From Phoronis australis (Eukaryota; Animalia; Phoronida): a stretch of DNA of 64,000 nt. Made by a program: the position numbers and the translations under genes. Shown here piece after piece: positions 57,948 through 64,000 of the stretch. The stretch is taken from contig NMRA01000105.1 in NCBI GenBank assembly GCA_002633005.1, positions 372,001 to 436,000 on the forward strand, given 5' to 3'. Each line of letters begins with the position of its first letter. Within the stretch, counting starts at the first letter, position 1. The notes below the pieces were generated by a model that saw nothing but the letters and a program-made list of their open reading frames with translations, was not told where the DNA came from and searched no databases.

Positions 57948-59814
57948 CTACAAGTAGTCGGAAATGAAAAATAACTTGCAAAAATCAATCGGGGGGGNAA
58001 CAATCAATGTGTGAAGGAAGTCGTTTCTTAAAAAATTACTCGCTGCTAGAGTTAGTAGCAGGTTTGTTGAACATGATTATAGAGTGAAGTACAAAATATA
58101 TTAAGACATCTGAAATGGCAAATTAATGCAAATTAGCTCCAACACAGACAATTGAAAAATCGATAGTGCTTACGGGAAATTTTGTAGGTTCTTCTAAGAC
58201 ACAAAAACAAATCTTAATACTTCCTGTTTTAACACACACGTACATACAAATACAAGTTGCATGTCTCAGGTGGGGGATACACACTATATTGGTATGAAAT
58301 TAATACAGCAAATACCTTTTACTGAAGACGAACAGGCAATTAAACATGCTGGGTTTGAAAGTGGGAAACCGTATGTGTTGATTTTTATCACATACGAAAA
58401 CGAATTCAAAGCACAATTTTTCGAAAATGCTTTATTTTTTCTTGATACAATAGAACTTACATAAGTTGGATTTCACCTGACCAAGTAATTCTATTACAGC
58501 AAAGTGAAATGTGACTTGCATGAAAGGCCAAGGGCAAAAAGAAGAACGACTGTTGTTCAGAACTTTAGCGAAAATCCGACGGATGCATGATTGTCCAACT
58601 TATGGCAGGTCTATTTTATGTGTTCAGCATAATTTTGGAGCTAACACATAAAATGACCTACCTGAGGTGGGTTGCATACCATGTCTGTCTGGGGACAGTC
58701 ACTGGATACTTGGGCATATATGTATCAACAAAATTTCCTTTTGTCCACACTTGGGCATGTTACACGTTTTGGGTACGATTCTAACCACAAGGGGGACGGT
58801 ATTTTTAATGATTTTCATGTTAATACAGGGCAAAAGAATGTACTGCCAAAATCACCCGTGGTGGTAAAAATAGAGGTAAGGTGGCTGCCAAAATTTTTAA
58901 GAAATATGGGAAAAAATCTTCGGAGAAATGCCATCATTGCAACAGCAGATGAAACATTTTCTGTAAAACTTTGTTACTTTCGTCTATTTCCAGGAGCAAA
59001 AATGAGGCCTGAGGTAATGTCCCCTGTCATCTGTATGGCTCATCACTAGATGTGCTTTGTGCTTTACATAAAACCAAATTATCAGGGTTACATTTTGAAA
59101 AATAGTACACTTTGCATTGGTGCGATTTTGTTGTACTTGGTATATTGTTTTAGTTGCTTTTTCAAAATCCCTCGTTCAAATGCATGTACCCAAGTACTCG
59201 GTGATTGCCCCCCTGGGATGAAATCATGAATTATGCAATAAAGAATAAAAAAACATAGTCGTTCTCTAACAGAGTAACACACAAACGATATATTCACACG
59301 AAAAACAAATGTTCACAGCAATTTTTTGCGACATGTCATATCCAAATGGCACTGTTATCTGATGCAGTTAAGGTTGAAGACTTGTCAGCTGAATTCACAA
59401 AAATCAGAACCACGCAAATACCTCGTCGCAATGAAAAGCCATGCACTCTGACGCAGTTGTCACTTTCAATGACATGTCTGAATTTGTTTTAACAGGAACT
59501 ATATGCAAATATGATCTAATGTTCAAGACCTTGTCAAACTAAACGTAAAAGGTACAAACCAGTGCAACGTAATCTCACACGGTACTTACTCTTTCCAATT
59601 TCTTGAGAAAGAAAGGTCAGATTTAGTACAAAGTCGCTAAATGTAGACAAGACAACAGCATGAAGTCCCATATATGTTAGAAGCTGCAGTACATTTTGCA
59701 TTAATTATGCTAATTCAAAGTGAAGACAAGAAGAAGCAGGCAAATGCCTAACAAAGCTTTCTGTAATCTACAGAGAAAAACGGTCTTCTACCACAAAAGT
59801 GAACAATGACTAAC

Positions 59815-59943
59815 CTTTGAACCCCGCTGTTTTTGGAACAAGAACTTAGGATACTGAACAGAAGCATGAGCCAAGAGAGCCTCTCGAAACTCCTGAACGG
59901 TGGCGCTCTGGAACCATTTGCTTCTCAGCTTGTCATTGTTACG
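59815..59943 (-). CDS. C2-domain protein, penultimate exon
   Basis: ttccctggtag|RNNDKLRSKWFQSATVQEFREALLAHASVQYPKFLFQKQRGSK|GTTAGT; 129 nt, open, phase 0/0. Confidence 0.75.
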
Positions 59944-60223
59944 CTACCAGGGAAAAATACATGAAAAACTTTTTAATACAAAAAAACTGAAAATCTTAGG
60001 ATCTTATGAATATAAAATAGAACTGCTTTTCTTCACAAAAGTCAGAAGCACTGGCATTGTAAATCTCCTCGCAAATAGTAGGAACAATATGATAAAAATA
60101 TATAACAACCATTATCTTATTTGGCTGGAGTAGTTAACCAATGGAAGAGTTCAAAGAGCTACAGTTGAAATAAAACAAAGCACGACATGGATGGATAAAT
60201 TTCTAGAAAAGTAATCAACAAAC

Positions 60224-60356
60224 CATGTCTGCCAGTTCAAATCGTCCATGAAATCCATGATCAGGGTCAAGGTTGTTGAGATCTATGATGACCTGACCCA
60301 GGGAGTCGAGGTCAGATCCATCGTCGCCGTAGTCTAATACATGAAGAGTCACATAT
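60224..60356 (-). CDS. C2-domain protein exon (C2 C-terminal strands)
   Basis: ctattag|(R)YVTLHVLDYGDDGSDLDSLGQVIIDLNNLDPDHGFHGRFELADM|GTTTGT; C2 pattern LxVxDxD...DxLGxVxIxL. Confidence 0.87.
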
Positions 60357-60588
60357 CTAATAGAAACAAGACAGAGAATTTACACTTTTATACGACTGCA
60401 TATCAGTTCCAAAAAATTTAATACCTCATTGAAAACAACTGAAACAAAAATAGGAATCGAGCAATTACACGTATTCTAGAATAGGAAAGTATAACACCAA
60501 AACAGAATGATGTAAATTCAGTGTACTTTTTGCCTTTGGCTACCTTTGCAGGAGTAGCTACTAAATTAGTAATGAGCCATGTTGTTAA

Positions 60589-62252
60589 AGGAGAATGCCA
60601 CCCGATTTAATTAGTCTTTTTTGCCGTCTTAATAGGTCTATATCCACATCGCCTCCCGTACGGTAGACCTTACCTTGCCGAGAGGTGTCGCGTTAACCTG
60701 TGAGGAAGGTGAGAAACGACGCTGGCGACGTCAGTGGTTCATATGCAGAGTAAATGCCGCTATGTTGCGGTGCATCGTGCCCGCCTGTCCGAACTAAGCA
60801 GCTGCGAGGAAAGCGGGTATATAGTATTTTTTTACTTCCTCGAGAGTCCGAAATGCTTACTAGGAAGTGGCTCATGGTAGTGAAGAATGAAATGTACGCT
60901 GCAAATAGCAAGTATGAGGCCGTGAAACATCTCCGTGTCTGTGGCCTGCAGACGTCGACAGTGCCTCACGAATGCCGGCTTACCAAATAACTCCATACGT
61001 TCCGTTGTCTGACCTTGTTCACGACACCTCTCTAGTATTTCTTCATCAATGTATTCCTGTTCGAATAGTTAGCCTGTAAAGCTTAACGATCCACCTGCGA
61101 AGTAGGGACTGATGAGCTCTAGCTCGTCCTAAGTTGGGATTGCGAGTTGCCATTTTGGCGTTTATTATTGGGCGTTCTGTTTCAAACTGAATTGTTCTCA
61201 CCCTAACCAATACTAATATAAAACTGAAACAAAGTCTGTCTCATAAGATGCAATTTGTAATGCCTTTAGAGTGTTCGTGAGTGCCAGCAATGAATAAATC
61301 ACTGCGTTACTGGCTTTAGGTGCAAACTAATTGACGGGACACCTAAGGCCGTGTGAGCTCATGCTAATTTAGTGTTTGCTGGCAGAAACTGTTGTGGAAC
61401 AACTTGATTTCCATCCCACGGCCAGGTGTTAGGGGAATCTTAATTTACATTTACATTACTCAAATAACGATTGTCAATGTACAACGTCTGCTCTGACGGT
61501 GCTGTAGCCACTGAACTTGAAAGCGGAACCTGAATTCGATGAGTAAGTAGATTTGCAATTTCGTGGCTAATTCACCAACATAATCAGGTGCAAATTACTT
61601 TGGCTCACTAGTATAGTATTTTCTTGACTGGAAGTTTAGTTTCCACTGAACTTTGGCTGGTTTATGTTCGTGATGTTTGATTAGTTGCTGAGCCACTGGC
61701 GGGGATAACGAGTCAATACAGCCGGCCGCGACGGGCCTGATCGGGCTCCGAGCCACTGGCCAGGCTAACAAGCGTTTTGCGTTGAGAATTCAAAAAATCA
61801 CAAGTCTAAACAACACAGATCTAGGTTCTCCTGTCTGTATCTCACGGAAAATACTTCGAAATTATCTCCAAACAGACCTCAAACTCCTGCTACGGACCTT
61901 ATTGGCCTGCCGAACTTTGTAGGCTACGGTGTGTCCAAATACTAATAAATCCGTAAGAGCGAAGTAAAACAACACGTTTTTATAAGAACTCGGTGTATTT
62001 TTAAGGGTTTTGCATCGAAGTTTGATGATTTATTGTTGTTAAACGATGACTTTAAGCGATAAGCTGACATCAGTAACCCGTGTTGTGAACTGCTGAACAG
62101 GCTGCGTGTGAAACCGATGACGTCATTGGATAATTTCAACACCTCCGTCTACCGTCAGGTGTCAGGTAACGCAACCGTACGTATCGTTATGGAGCAGAAC
62201 TACTCGATCTAAATTGATACAAATTAGGTTGTTTTTTGGGTGGCATGCTCCT
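60589..62252 (+). mobile_element. Non-autonomous Kolobok-like DNA transposon (1664 bp) in a C2-gene intron
   Basis: TTAA on both sides (60585-60588, 62253-62256); 15-bp TIR AGGAGAATGCCACCC / GGGTGGCATGCTCCT (14/15); internal THAP-like ORF; partial second copy at 43585. Confidence 0.8.
60754..60990 (+). pseudogene. Degenerate THAP zinc-finger ORF (transposase N-terminus remnant)
   Basis: MPLCCGASC...IFLLP...RKWL...LRVCGLQ follows the THAP pattern Cx4C...FxxP...W...rvCxxHF, but the final HF is lost. Confidence 0.6.
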
Positions 62253-62921
62253 TTAAGTAAGCAACAACTTTCACAGTATACAGTTGACAGACAAGTTATG
62301 AAAGTACAAGAACAGTTTTCATAAGAGATGCATCTCTGTATGACAATGAAAACTGACTGATGAGAAGTGGTTCCAAATCACTCCAACACTACCATACAGC
62401 TGTCATGTACAGTTAAAGTTACGATATTGTTGAGAAAAATGGTCTCCTGAAATCAGCCCAGTCCAGATTTGAGCAGGAACTACTGACTGGCTAAACCACA
62501 TTTGACACGGTATTCTAAATGTGTATAACAGGTCAACGGCCGTGACTACAGCGATTATTAATAAAAAATGCATTAGTTTTTATTGTTTTGCAGATCTGGT
62601 GAAAGTTAATACTGTAACTCTTCACCCATTTCGCACAAAAATAATCACCAAAATTGTCACTTTTCCAAATAATGGAAAATTTATCAAGCGTTATTTCATG
62701 ACAATTACACACAACAAACCACATTCAGTAAAAGACTAAAGTTTTCTTAAACTTTATTCTTGTGGAGAAATTTAACAAAGTAGAATTTCATTTGTTGGCC
62801 ATATTGTGTGCTAAATAAATGAAGAATTATCATAACATCAAAAAGATTTCATCATCCAACAACAATCCCAGAATGCATTCTTTGAACACAACACTGATAA
62901 CGTCCCTTTAAGGGGAGATAC

Positions 62922-62998
62922 CTGAATTCAAACTCTTCAACAGGAATGCTGAACTCAAATGACTGACCCCACTCTGGTTCAACAGTGTGCTCAATAAC
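62922..62998 (-). CDS. C2-domain protein exon
   Basis: gttgtag|VIEHTVEPEWGQSFEFSIPVEEFEF(R)|GTATCT; C2 TLxPxWxExFxF motif; 77 nt, phase 0/2. Confidence 0.87.
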
Positions 62999-63528
62999 CT
63001 ACAACAGACAACGAGAAATACATGGTGGGGAGTGGGCATTCTCTAGCAGCAGACCAGGAACATGAATAAGGTAAGAAATTTTAATTTATAAATCATTTGC
63101 ATAAGCGAGTATCCTACTTCATTTGTTTCTCATCCTTGTTTAAATAATTTAAGTTTGGCTCTACTGAACTCAATACTCTAAGACCATAAAGCATTTGCAA
63201 TCACACTTCAATTTTATATGGATTTCACACAAGGTATGTTTCAATACCTGTCCATCAATAACCGATGAACCACTCACAGAATGGATCAGATTATTAATTA
63301 GGATACATTAGGCTGTTCCCCAAGACCAATTTCAACTCGACGCAGAAAATATTTTGCATTTGCAACGAGTTTAGGTCACCAGCAAAACATTTGAACTTGT
63401 GACAAATTTGTTATTTGCAAAGTACGCAGCGACGTTTATTGGCGTTCAGCACATCTTTCTTATTCTGTACTAAGACAATACGGACTGGAATTTGTAATGT
63501 GTATATTAAATCTAATAACTCTTGTACA

Positions 63529-63785
63529 CAAGGCTTGGACTGACCAATGACAAAAAAGAGGAAAATTTTCCAGGTAAAGTATCATTCCACAAATAAATAG
63601 GCTTGTGTGATAAAAATATTTTTGGGTTGTAAGATTTAATTGAAATAAACGCTTTTGCATGAATGAAGTCATGACAAAATAATCATAAAAAAGAGACGAA
63701 AGAGGAGAAAACTGGAAATCAAATAAAAGGAAATCAAAATCAAAAAAGAGGAAATCCTCTTCAAATAGGAAAATTCCAAGCCCTG
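63529..63785 (+). mobile_element. hAT-like MITE, CAGGGCTTGGAA family
   Basis: CAAGGCTTGGACTGACCAATGACAAAAAAGAGG ... AAAATTCCAAGCCCTG; reverse-complement match to 50740-50981. Confidence 0.75.
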
Positions 63786-63838
63786 TACGTAGTTTTCATT
63801 ATCTGTTGTGGAAAACATTACACCTCAAAAATACTTAC

Positions 63839-64000
63839 CTCAGTCTCATACACCTGGGCCACACCTGGGATGGATACCTTGACAAATGGGTTGGGCTTCT
63901 CATCTATGTCCCTCTCTATCAGGCCTAGTGCCCGGTGGATTGTGACGACAAGAGTGGACGGCATGGTAAAGGACAGGCTGACCTCTAGGTCACCAGAGAT
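63839..64000 (-). CDS. Synaptotagmin-like C2-domain protein exon (truncated by window edge)
   Basis: ISGDLEVSLSFTMPSTLVVTIHRALGLIERDIDEKPNPFVKVSIPGVAQVYETE|GTAAGT; C2 N-terminal GxLxxSL...LxVxIxxAxxL...D...PxVK. Confidence 0.88.

Noticed and set aside
61106-61135. Hammerhead core CTGATGAG
   Set aside because: No downstream GAAA or stem III; other CTGATGA hits (14349, 40799, 57330, 62357) also lack the required stems.
62912-62921. Possible U12-type donor (GTATCTCC) in the C2 gene
   Set aside because: It does not match GTATCCTT, and no TCCTTAAC branch site is evident near the acceptor.

Overview
AT-rich, intron-rich animal (most likely invertebrate bilaterian) genomic DNA from a draft assembly, with one 432-nt N gap and single-n joins. 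Three spliced protein-coding genes can be read directly from the sequence. (1) Minus strand: the 5' part of a plexin, three Sema-domain coding exons at 6511-2319, running off the left edge, with an inferred promoter/first exon about 31 kb upstream near 37.9 kb. (2) Plus strand, head-to-head with it: a complete 11-exon cytoplasmic seryl-tRNA synthetase (SARS1; 40165-56903, 506 aa). (3) Minus strand, tail-to-tail with SARS1: the last five exons of a synaptotagmin-like C2-domain protein (64000-57873). Introns are rich in non-autonomous DNA transposons: a Kolobok-like element with a THAP remnant, Tc1/pogo-like, PIF/Harbinger-like and hAT-like MITEs, and Helentron-like pieces. The most unusual signals are in SARS1. 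A near-perfect in-frame 48-bp triplication covers the exon-10 splice acceptor, and an older out-of-frame duplication covers the exon-6 acceptor. The protein ends in a basic tail resembling the supposedly vertebrate-specific UNE-S domain, and there is an ATF4-type CARE motif in intron 1. No prokaryotic systems, CRISPR arrays or intact rRNA/tRNA genes were seen.
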